Positions 52,783 through 64,000 of a stretch of 64,000 nucleotides of DNA are shown here, piece by piece. The notes beneath the pieces were generated by a model. It did not search any database and was not told the origin of the DNA. It was given only the letters and a program-made list of their open reading frames with translations. The translations under genes and the position numbers were made by a program. The stretch comes from Lama glama. Taxonomy: Eukaryota. How positions within the stretch are numbered: the stretch's first letter is position 1; every line of letters begins with the position of its first letter. The stretch covers positions 24,864,001 to 24,928,000 of the forward strand of contig CM052818.1 of assembly GCA_028534125.1 (NCBI GenBank), written 5' to 3'.

Positions 52783-55779
52783 TTTACTGTTACTATTTTA
52801 TTTACCTGAACAAACCTAGACAACTGGACTATTCCTTAAAGGCAAGACTCAGGTGAGTTCCTTTAACTGTAAACACATCATCTCTAGGGTCCAAAGAGGG
52901 AGGGTTCAGGCCAAGCCTGATAGGTTCAACCTCTTGCAGAGATTCTGAACATCAGCTTAAAAAAATAGTGACAGTAGAGAAAACAAGAAATAACACTGTT
53001 CAAACAGGTCTGATCCTGTACAAAGGTGGAAACTGTCATTCGGTTAGCATAGTGGATGATGACTGGTTTGCTGAATTAAAATTTAAATTTCCTTTAATTT
53101 AGTTATTTTGCTGGGTCTACAATAAAAAGTAATAAAATATGTAAAACTTGAAAACCAAAGATTCTCAGTTTCTCAGAACCATCACGGCATACATCAGTGA
53201 CTTAGCTGGTGGGTTGGGGATTTATGATTAGAAGCTAAACAGAGGATGTGATTTTATGTGGCTTATGGAGGATTTCAGCCCAGCTGGCTGGGCAGTCTCC
53301 CTCCCCCTCTCCCTCTCTCTCCCTGTTTCATCTTCTTCCCTTTACCTGCTCTCTCTAGCAGGAGACAGGAGAACCACAAAGGGGAGACAGGTCCTGTTCC
53401 TTTTCTCCATCTCAGAGTTGCCAGCGTGGGAAAGGGGGAACGTGATAATGCCACTGGAGAGAAGGCAGACTCATCAGGAACCAGCGCTGCTTCCCACGCC
53501 TTGTTCCCTGAGCCCCGTCTCACGTGAAACCAAACACAGCCACCGCCTCAGTGGGGGCAGGGCCACCACGCACTGTGATAGCTTCCCTCCCACAGGGGAT
53601 ACCATGTTACAGGGACAGGCCAACAGTCACTTCTAGTTACTCTTGCCCTGGTCACAACATGCCGACCTCAGAGAGATCGATACAGTCTGGACAAAAGCTG
53701 TCTTGTAGTACACGGGTCTAAAGCCGTTGCTAACACGCACCTGAAGTTAAAATCTCCTGGATTCAGGAAGGCACCCAGTCAGTGCAGGAAGCAAACTGAA
53801 GCTTTCTTCCCTCGCCAGTCTCCACGACTTTTTCACTTAGTGTGAGCATCGATGAATATAAAGTATTTATTTAATCAGAAGGTTAAACCTCTGTACTCCA
53901 AGTATTGGGAGAAACTTGGGAATATGGTTTTTTTCCTGCGTCTAATATGCGTGTATAAGAAGCAGCATACAAGAATGCAAACTAGAATATTGGCTTTGGA
54001 GCAAGCTGTGTGACTTAGAACAGTACCTTGCACCATTCTGACCCTCCATTTCCTCACTTGTAAAATGGTAGTAATACAATCTCAGAATTGTCATGAGGGT
54101 CGAATGAGATAACAAAGTGTCCTAACCATGCCTAGCCCACAGTTGAAGCTAAATAAAGGGCAGTGTCCATCCACTTGCTCTCCTCCCACCCACTTAATAA
54201 GCCAGATCAGGAAAGTGTGAATCTTGACCTGAGGGACTATAATACTTGTAATTTCACCCTTGTCTCCAGCACCTGGGAAGAAAATTATTGGCCTAGGATC
54301 AATCACTACCTTTTGCCCTCAAAAGTCAACCATCTCCTCATTTATTCTTTCTTTCGTCTGTTCATTTGTTCAACAAGCATTTATTTAGCAAGTGTCTTTT
54401 AGATGGAGGACCTACTTTCTGAGTCTAGAATACAGTTCCACAAAAACTGAAAACTAACAACAAAATGAAACTAAACCATAACTCTGAAGTGGGGGAGGAA
54501 GGAGAAGGGAGGAATGGAGGGAGAGACAGGGAAAGAGAGAGCTCCCACCTGCTACATGATGACCTATAAATACTGATGGCTTCAGCAATTTCCCAACTAC
54601 TCAGAAAAGAGCAACTTTCTGGAGAAAGGCTGCCCATTTTAGAGTGGGCTGGCAGTGTCTGGGGGCAAATTATCCTTAAAAGCAGTGCACTCTTGGCCCC
54701 TTGCAGGTGCCTTGATAGAATCCTTCAAACTGATCCACACTTTCAAAAGTACCTGTCCTTCCTGAACATGAGTCCTGGACCAAGCTGAATTCACCAATTT
54801 CCACTGCACAGGGAGAGGAAGAAAGCAGCGCTTGGTGGGGCTCATTTATGAAAATTCAGACAAGGGCAACAGCTCTGCTCAGACTGTGAAAAAACATAAA
54901 CATATTTGCTCTCATGAGCAATGTTCTCATGTCCCCTTCACCAGATGGGCTGCTGGATTTATGACGGGATGCGTCACAGAGACACATCAAGATAAATGGA
55001 AACCAGGAGCCCCTGGAAAGCCAGCTTCAGGGGCTGAGAAGAGAGCCTTTTTTGTTGCTGGCTTGCTCAGTGATGGAGTTGTACTCCCAGGTTCTGACAG
55101 ATGATTGAAATCAATTTCAAAAAACACTATGAGCTGTTTTTAAACAATATTTTCAACAGTTTCTAAGTAATGATCAAGGCTAAGGATGATTAAGCAAAAC
55201 TGCCCAGTCTGAACTTCACTTCCTTTTACCTCTTCAGCTCACCCTCTCCTAATCAGGTGGCCTGGTAGGTACCAGAGACAAGAAACAAAGGAGCCATAAA
55301 ATCTCCAATTTGGATGCATTATCAAGGATTCACTCCAACAGGAGCTGGGGATGGCGCTCACCGCCTTCCGGTGGCAAGAACCTTATGGCAGAAGAAGCCA
55401 AATCTCAAAGCACTGGCAGCCACGGCAGGAAGATGACAGTCGGGGCAGGGTCCTCTGTCTTTGGCAGCCTTTACCACTGTTTCCCATGTGTTTCCCGGCT
55501 CCTCCAACAGCTCCACAGGCATTTCTAAATCACGGCATGAATCTGCAGCCAGAGAAGCATACTTCCGAGACCACCCGAACTGCTTCAGTAGTTACAGGGA
55601 AATGATAACCACACTTTTATTTATTATATAGCCGTGACGTGGTATTCAAAGTGCCTTCTCACGCATCCTTGTACGTTCCATGAGGCAGATAGCCTGTGCC
55701 TTTTACAAATAAGGCACAGACCACTTACTTGCCTACAGCCACATAACTAAATATTGATGATAATTTACCTAGGGCTTGC

Positions 55780-55950
55780 TATGTGCCAGTCGAGAGCTTT
55801 ACCCACATTCCCCCCATGAGCTAGGTTCTGTTTGACAGAGGAAGAAACTGAGGCTCAGAGAGGTTAAATAATCTTCCTGAAGTCCCAAAGCCAACAAGTG
55901 ACAGAGCTGGCACTGAATCTGCATCTGCTGCCAAAACCAGTCCTTAGGTA
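55780..55950 (-). mobile_element. MIR SINE
   Basis: gacagaggaagaaactgaggctcagagaggttaaataatctt...gacagagctggcactgaatc. Confidence 0.7.
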
Positions 55951-58900
55951 TCTTCACAGACTTGGTCAGAGGAGAATCTCCATGACTACATCTGATCACG
56001 CCTAATTAGACCTCTTAAGTGAACAAGGACAGAGCAGGCAGGCACAGACTGACAGGTGGCATTGCTTTTATCATAATATTAATTTGGGTATCTCCATCCC
56101 CTTTGCTTTCACACTGCCCTCTAGCCCCAAGGAAGCAGAAACAAAGGCTGGAGGAAATCACTGTCCAAACCTCTGCGGGCAAAGATTTCCTTCCCTGCTT
56201 GCCGAGGTTTCCAGGTGCCTAAAACAGAGGGAAAACAGAAGGGGCACAGGAGTGGCTGGGGAGACAGGGGAAGGCACGGGGAAGATGGGAGGGGAAGGAG
56301 GGCCATTCAGGGCAGAGATTCCACCCTGGCACCCCAGACACACACAGACCTCAGATGGGGGAGGGGTTTCAGTACTTGAAGTGAGGATGGGCAGGGGAAA
56401 CTGCCTCTCGGTCCAGGGAAACTGCCACCTCCAGGGACCTCTCTGTGTGCGAGGAAAGAGGGCCCGCCCCCCAGCTGCACACTCTAAACTGAAGTCACCA
56501 TCCCTCCTCCCACCAGAACTACCCACCTACCCACCTAGTTCGAGCAGTCAAAATAACTGGGCAGGGGTTGAGCCTGAAACAGAAAGGTCCTTCTGGCCCA
56601 GTTCCAGTGACAGCGTGAAGGAGAGCTGTAATTCTCTTTCTGTTTTCCAACAGCGTTTATCACATCTAGTCCTCACAAGTCCTTGTCTGAGGACGAGGAC
56701 AGGACCAGATAACTTGCACACAGTCCAGAGCTGTACCTTATTTACTACTGTTCTCACTGTACCTGCTGACACACGCGTGCGCAAGCACGCACACACACAC
56801 ACTCGCTGCCACATTTCAGCCCACATCTCATCCAAACATGCCCACAAAATGTTTCCAGCCCTAATTTTACATCAAGCAGCATGAATGATGTACACAACCG
56901 GGCAGGGGGAAGAAAAAGTGCCAAAAAGTGCCAATAGGCAGTTTTGCAGAGAGCATCACTTCAATCAGCTATTTGAGGATATGATGTTAAGAACCCGGCG
57001 AGGAGGCAGAGTTTATCAGAATCACAAAAATGAAAGGTTAACACCCACCCCCCCTTCATCCAGTCGGGTCAGCAGCCAGGCAATGAGCCTCTCGTCTGCT
57101 CCCTGCCCGGCCTCCCAGCCCTGGGCTGGGCAAGGCCTCTCATTCAGCTGCCGGCTCAGCCCAGAACTAGAGCCCATTAGCATTCCTATCACTCCCCGCA
57201 ACCCAAGGGGAACAACTTCCAGCTGCCTTGTACTTAAGCATCACCCTCGGCACCATAAGCCTGAGCCTGTGCATAACTGACAAGGAATATGTTGATAAGG
57301 AGTGAGACTGTTCCAAGCTTCTGAAGGATAACTACGTAATTAAAAGAAAAACCTAATTTAAGAAAATTCGGAAGAAATGTTTTAAAACTCTCTGGCAACA
57401 TCCTTTATGGATTATTCTCCTTTACAGAGACTTCGGTTTTGCCTTCATTTGGTTTTCAAAGCCTGGGGCTAGATAGCCAGTGTCCCAAGGCATCCACAGT
57501 CCTCAGCCCCCTCTGGGGGTCACTTTAAAAGCCCTGGACTAGAAGAAAGGCCACCTCCGTTGCCCCCAGGGCTCAGAAGGACCTGAGATTTCTTAGGTTT
57601 GAGCACCTGGTGATGTCTTGCTCAGGATTTAACACACTGCTCTCTGAGGACTCTGGCATCCTGGCCAGCAGCTGCCCCTGCTTTTCTAGGGCAATGCAAA
57701 AGGACTGACAGAACACCATTAATTCCCAGGAGCACCGATGAGCAGAGATAAATTCAGCCCCTGCAGCGCTCCCTGCTTCTGGCTGCACCACTTCAATGCC
57801 TGGCTGGGTTAAGACTGTGCAACCAGCCAGCCAGCTGCCAAAATGCACCATGAGACACGCAAACAAACACACAGGGCCCCACTACCACACACCCGGAGGT
57901 GCATCACCTCCCAACAGACAACCTGGGCCAGCATTTCTTCATTCCACACGGCGCCCCCCTCTCCTTCAGGCTGGCTTAACACTACATTATGGCCCCGCCA
58001 CCTGCTACCTTTATGAAAATCTCTTATTTAAAATGAGGCTGATAATGCTGATTTCACAGGCTATTCCAAGGACTATAGGAGATCAGGCACTTTTGATGCA
58101 CGATCACCTTTAATCCATGCCTCCTGCACTGCCCCACATGGTGACATTGAACTGAATTGGTCTTACCTTGCTCTATTTATTGAGGAGCTTGTCTCATCTC
58201 AGCTACTGGATTTTGTGACTTTCCCCCAATGCAATCCTATCTATAAACTAAAAATGAACACAAGTCCTATTCTCCAAGAGCTTAAAGTCTAGAGAGTGAC
58301 AGTGGCATTATTGAAATAATAGCACAAAAAGATGCAAAATTACAACTCTGACATTAAGGAGAAGCACGCAGTGCTCGGAGACCGTAGAAGAGGGTGCCTG
58401 AGCGCTGAGGGAAAGGCAGAGCCTCAGTCCAGGAAGGCTGAGGTCCCAAGAATGAGCAGGATCATCCTCATGGAGAAGGGGTCAGGAACAAAGACTTGGA
58501 CGAGGCAGGCCTGTGAGACTGGGGTGCAGAGACTGAGGAGGTGTCAGGGAAGATGGCGCTAGAGAGGAGAGAGGGGCTAGATTATGGCGGATCGAGATGG
58601 TCTCTGTCATGAACCTCCGTGGAAGCCACCACACACTGTGCGTAACCAGAATCAATGGCATGATCAGAATTGACTTTTTAAAGCAAACCAACCAAAACAC
58701 AATTCCCTCTTGCCCTAGTGTGAAGAATGGCCTGGAGTAGGGGGTGGACGGGCAGAGTCATTTGAGTGATGGAAATACAAGCAGGTCGCTACAGAACTGC
58801 CCAGAGAAACCGGTTCCTGATGGCAGGGTGGTGGGTGGGCAGTGACTCTCTCCTGGAGTGAATTTTAAAAAGGAGCCAGTCAGCCAGGTCACAGGGGCGG

Positions 58901-60053
58901 TAGGCATCAGAGGCAGGAATGGGTATTCCAGACAGAAGAACAGCCAAAGGCAAGGTGAGAGGTAAGGAGCATTTACAGGGACTGACGGACAGCAGGTTCG
59001 GTACCGCTGGAGCGGAAAGTCTGAGATGGAGCGTGATGAGAAATAGAGAGCTGAGAAGGAAGGTTGGCAGAGACCAGGCAGGAAGAGCTCCTGCTCGCAC
59101 ACTGCACAGCCTCCTCCAGCAAGTTATCAGGAGCCACAGAAGGGTTTAAGCAGGGCAGTGATAGGATCAAGTTTTATTTCCCAGAGATGATTTTGTCAGG
59201 TGGGCAAAAAAAAAAACAAAAAAAAAACAGGATATAAGGCAAGACAGAAGTCAGAAAGATTAGCTAACTAGAAGGCTATGCATCCCATGGTCAAAATACT
59301 CTGCAGATATCAAAAATGACTAAAATTGGAAGCTTCTTGTGGCTTCATGCCGGATATAAAGCAATATATATCGTATTCTCGCAAATATGTCTTTGTGAAT
59401 ATATTTGCATAAAGACTGGATGAAGAGAAATCAGACTTTTTAAACAGGATTATATACACGGTTACAGTTGATTTTTGTTTTCTTCTTGGCTGCTTTCTGC
59501 ATTTTCTGTAACGAGCGTGTGTTTAGGAACGTTTATAATTAGAAAGAAACAAAGATGTAAACTACATCGAGGCAGCGTGAATGGTCCTATCAAACGGACA
59601 GCAACAATTTACATTTCGCTAGTGCCTGATATTTAGTGACCCTAAATCTTAAGGCTCAAGATAAATATCATTCTCTCTGGGTTCACTGAGAGGAAAATGA
59701 AAAACAGGGATGCAAGATGATTCATTCAACAAGACACAAAGGGCTAGAGGCAGAAGCAGACAGGAACTAGGTAGATGCCCGTACTCTTGAGCTGGTCCAA
59801 TCCTTTTTGCTGAGATATTATTTGAACAGCACAGACCATGCACAATGCAACAACTAAGGTAGCCAAAATCATGAGAACCAGCCCAACAGACTGCATGATT
59901 ATCAGCCCAAACCAATAAAGATGTCAACCCAAAGCCATGGATAAATAAGACCACAGGCACATTCCTAAAAGGACTGTAATTCCAGAATCTTGAGCTCAAC
60001 CATGACAGTATTCTTCTAGAAGGGGGGGCCAGCCTTAGAAGGGAAAAAGCTAA

Positions 60054-60440
60054 AAAGCTCAGGTTTTTGCTAAAAGGCACTCCCACAGGCGCCATAACAG
60101 TTCCGAGGCCGACTGTAAAAGGTCAGAACGTGGGTGATGGCCCAGTGGACTCCCAGCCTCTTCCCCAAAGGAGCAGGAATAATCCTCCCACTTGTCAGCA
60201 CATCAAGTTACCGAGCCCATAAACATTAACAACCCCGCACGTGGTGGCGGCTCTCCTTTCTGAGGAAGATGGCCCGCACTCTACCTATGGAGTGTGTATC
60301 TGCTTTTACTTTAACCACACTCCCGCGCCTCGTGGCCTCTCTGGCCTTCTGAGATGGACTACGCTATAGGGTGTAGATCCCTCTGAATAAACCTACTTTT
60401 ATTCAAAATAAATAAATCAAAAGTTCATGTGTTAAAAAAG
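60054..60440 (+). mobile_element. MER41-like ERV1 LTR fragment with A-rich tail and 12-bp direct repeats
   Basis: aaaggcactcccacaggcgccataacagtt, gaataatcctcccacttgtcagca, ctctacctatggagt and aataaacctactttt occur in MER41-consensus order. GGAAAAAGCTAA at 60042-60053 and 60442-60453. Confidence 0.7.
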
Positions 60441-62024
60441 AGGAAAAAGCTAACACAAGTGGGACACAACAGTGGCACACTTAACTCCCCTGCCCAAAGG
60501 GGTGGGACATATAGTCAGTCCCCAGTAGTTACATGAACACAATCCTGGATCCACAGCTACAGATATCAGGCCCTTCTGGCTCCCCGCTGTCCAGGATGAG
60601 TTCCTATCTCCCTCCTGGGTAGGGAAGCTGTGGCCCCAGGATAGCACCAGGTCTGGTTGCTTTTATTCCATGAGTGCCTAGAAAACACAGCAAAGAGAGC
60701 CCACAGGAGACTGGCCCATGCAGCACTGATTTTTTTTTAATTAATTAATTAATTTATTTATTTATTTATTTATTTATTTTAAAACTTCAGAAAAGCCTAG
60801 AGAAATCCAGTGGTATTTTTTTTAAAAATCTGGCTCCCATAGCCTAAAATAACATTTTTCGCTTTGTTGGATGGGTGAGGTGAGACAATGAGGAGGGAGG
60901 ACAGAGGAGGCAGGATGCTTCTTCTCCAAACTGCCAAGCTTGCAGATTAAAGAAGTGCAAATTAGTCAGTGTCCACATTTATGCTGCAATGGACAACACT
61001 GTATTTTGTAAGCTTATAAGGTGGCATCTCCATGTAAATACACAGAAAATGAATAACCAATTTACATTTTCTTAATCTACCACCAGTGGTCCTGAGGATC
61101 CTGGGAATAAAAATGAACTGGAAGTTCAGCATCCATGGGTCCTAATTCAACTTTGCCACTGCCAATCCCCCTGTCCCTGCATTACCTAAAGAAGGTGGTG
61201 ATGGGTTGTCATGTGGAGAAGGACTGGCCAGCCAAGGCTGTGAACAGGATGACGTGCGGGACGCCCTACAGATGATACCTGGCTGGGCCTGTCAATCAAC
61301 TGGATGCTCTCACAGATCCGCCCATCTGTCCTTCAGTGACCTTTTCCTATTTCTGAGCCCTCTTGTTGTCCCTTGGGCTCTGTCATTCTTGCCCTGCTCT
61401 TGTTCTTATTTTCTCCTCTAGGAAGGATGGCCACAAACATCATTCCATAAACAGGAAGCACCAGACACCTTGATACTGTACTTAATACTATACTTAATGG
61501 GTGGCGTATTGCAGCACAGTACACCCCAAAGGCCCAGGGCAGTGACCTGAAGAAGTCCTCATATTTCATTCTCAAGGTTGCCTCCTGAAACCTCACCTAA
61601 AGACTATTTGCCCTAACTCCAGACCTAATTCCAACTTGCTTCCTCTGTGGCCCTCTATTCCTACCCCATGAGAAGCAGCCAAGAGGAATACAAAAAGGGA
61701 TAGCTAGATAGACAATGGAAGCAGAAAGAAGAGATATTTAGAAAAGCAGCAAGCATTAAAAAAGGGATCAGAATCAGCACAACCATTTTTGTTTAAAGAG
61801 TAGTGTACTGCATCATTTAGTTTTGAGGGACATCATTGTACACACCTCTGTATTCCCTGAGGGTACCTGAGTATTACATCATAGTTCATAACGACAACCT
61901 CGAATCATCAAGCAAAAGTTAAATTCAGTGCAGTTTCAGAAGGCAGAGATGTGCATGATGCATTGAGTAAGTGTATCCATCCAGCTAGATAAAAACAAGT
62001 TTTTGATGCATGGAAGGGTAGGTG

Positions 62025-62734
62025 TTTTTTTTTAATTGAAGAATAGTCAGTTTACAATGTTGTGTCAATTTCTGGTGTACAGCATAATGTTCCAGTCATA
62101 CATACACATACATATATTTATTTTCATATTCTGTTTCATTATAGGTTACTGTAAGATATTGAATATAGTTCCTTGTGCTATACAGAAGAAACTTATTGTG
62201 TATCTATTTTATATATAGTAGTTAGTATCTGCAAATCTTGAGCTCTCAATTTATCCCTTTCTACCCCCTCTCCCCCCTGGTAACTGTAAGTTTGTTTTCT
62301 ATGTCTGTGAGTCTATTTCTGTTTTGTAAATAAGTTCATTTGTGTCTTTTTTTTAAGATTCCACAATGTAAGTGATATCATGTGGTAATTTTCTTTCTCT
62401 TTCTGGCTTACTTCTCTTAGAATGACAATCTCCAGGTCCATGTATGTTGCTGCAAATGGCATTATTTCATTTTTAATAGCTGAGTAGTATTCCATTGTAT
62501 AAATATACCACAACTTCTTTATCTAGTCATCTGTCAATGGACATTGAGGTTATTTCCATGTCTTGGCTGTTGTAAATAGTGCTGCTATGAACACTGGGGT
62601 GCCTGTATCTTTTTGAATTGGAGTTCCCTCTGGATATATGCCCAGGAGTGGGATTGTTGGATCATATGGTTAAGTCTATTTTTAGTTTTTGGAGGAATTT
62701 CCATACTGTTTTCCATATAATGGCTGCACCAAAC
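62025..62734 (-). mobile_element. 5'-truncated L1 (ORF2 C-terminus, 3'UTR, poly-A) with TSD
   Basis: Minus ORF WYIYTMEYYSAIKNEIMPFAATYMDLE and T-tract at 62025. Near-identical flanks tggaagggtaggt (62011) and tggaaaggtaggt (62735). Confidence 0.92.
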
Positions 62735-63929
62735 TGGAAAGGTAGGTTTTAGCTGTCTGGAAAACTCATCCTTTACTTCCTGATGCTTTAAATAAATCAT
62801 AAAATGTAATAATTCAGAAAACTCTTTGAAATCATAAAGTCCGATCCTTTACTTTAAAAATGAGAAGGTGAGATTTAGAGAGGTTTAAATGAATTTTTGT
62901 TTCACTTGCCAAGGTCCCACCAGTGGCAGAAAAGCTAAGACCAGACCAGTAGCTCCCAGTTCCCAGGGTTCCTCATCTCCCCACTCTCCTCATGGACACA
63001 GTCCCCTCTGTATATAAATGGTCATTAACAGCAGCAACACCAATGCTACTCTCCTCAATCACTTAAGCTTAGTCAGAGAACATGTCTCCTTCTCTTTGTA
63101 AAAACTGCTTTGAGTTATATGGTGGAATTTGCTGGTGCCTTTTCTTACAAATTCCATGAATATCACACTCCTTGTCATATGGTTACTACAGAGTAATTTC
63201 AGTCTCCAAGTTCATAGTCTCCCACGGATCTCGTAAGACTATTCCTAGTGTTACTGTTTGTAAAAGAGAACAAACAAAATCCCAAAAGAATGAGGAAACT
63301 TTCTAAGAAATATATTTTCCCAAATCAAGAGACCAAAGTTAAGACCAGTAGGGGATGACCTCCTCTCATTCTCCATGGAGGGGCCTCTCCCTGCTCTTCA
63401 TCATCACCATTCAGTGCAGTTTTGTTCACCTATTTTGAACAGGTTTTTTTCCCTCCTCTTAGATAATCTTCTAAGTCTTCCAAGTGATCAAAATGATGGG
63501 CCCAAGATGCGGTGGTACCCTCAACACCTTACACCATATCCATTCCATCTTTTGGAACTCACCCTCGGGCTCTCTCAATAAGAATCAGGCTGACCGCAAT
63601 GGGGAGGACACAGATGATTGTCTTATCTACCTAATCTCTGCTTTGTGGGGAAGGATTTAAGTAAAAACAACAGATCCAATCAAGCATCAGAAGTTGAGCA
63701 GGAGATTTGCCATTACCAGTATTGCCATGGATGGCTAACAAGGTTTATCTGGACATACACTTTCATCCACATAAATGAGAAAATTTGGAGTCAGGGGAAG
63801 TCATATCATGTTCAAAATTCTTGAGTAGGACTTTCAGTGAAATTAACTGTTATGCCAATTACAATATGTGGCAAGTCACCTGAAATATCATTTGAGGGGG
63901 GAAAAAAAGAAACAAATGAATAATCAAGA

Positions 63930-64000
63930 TTCATTAAATGAATTAAAGAATATGAAAAGGCATATATGTATGTATATGTAGGACTGAAACATTGTGCTGT
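63930..64000 (+). mobile_element. L1 3'UTR fragment running off the window
   Basis: aagaatatgaaaaggcatatatgtatgtatatgtaggactgaaacattgtgctgt resembles 32745-32795. Confidence 0.6.

Noticed and set aside
56084..56884. 266-aa ORF, the longest in the track
   Set aside because: Non-ATG start, no recognisable domain, includes a CA-repeat-derived stretch, and is antisense in the TMEM178A intron. Likely chance.

Overview
Mammalian genomic DNA, probably camelid (Vic-1-like tRNA-derived SINE, camelid-type L1 3' ends). It holds the 3' ends of two convergent genes: THUMPD2 (+; last two coding exons, 6610-6718 and 12856-13180) and TMEM178A (-; coding exons 43657-43770, 40712-40849 and 31478-31719; exon 1 lies beyond the window). 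The rest is intronic or intergenic and repeat-rich: L1 of several ages, L2, MIR, hAT/Tigger DNA transposons, a decayed ERVL provirus, MaLR and ERV LTRs, plus a 500-N gap. I found no convincing novel protein-coding system. The most unusual items are a MER41-like LTR fragment that looks retrotransposed by L1 machinery (TSD plus A-rich tail), a CpG-rich solo LTR with three NRF1-like repeats facing the TMEM178A 3' end, a perfect 59-bp tandem duplication in an ancient L1, and a CpG-enriched L2 relic. Gene and repeat family names come from recalled sequences, not from searches.
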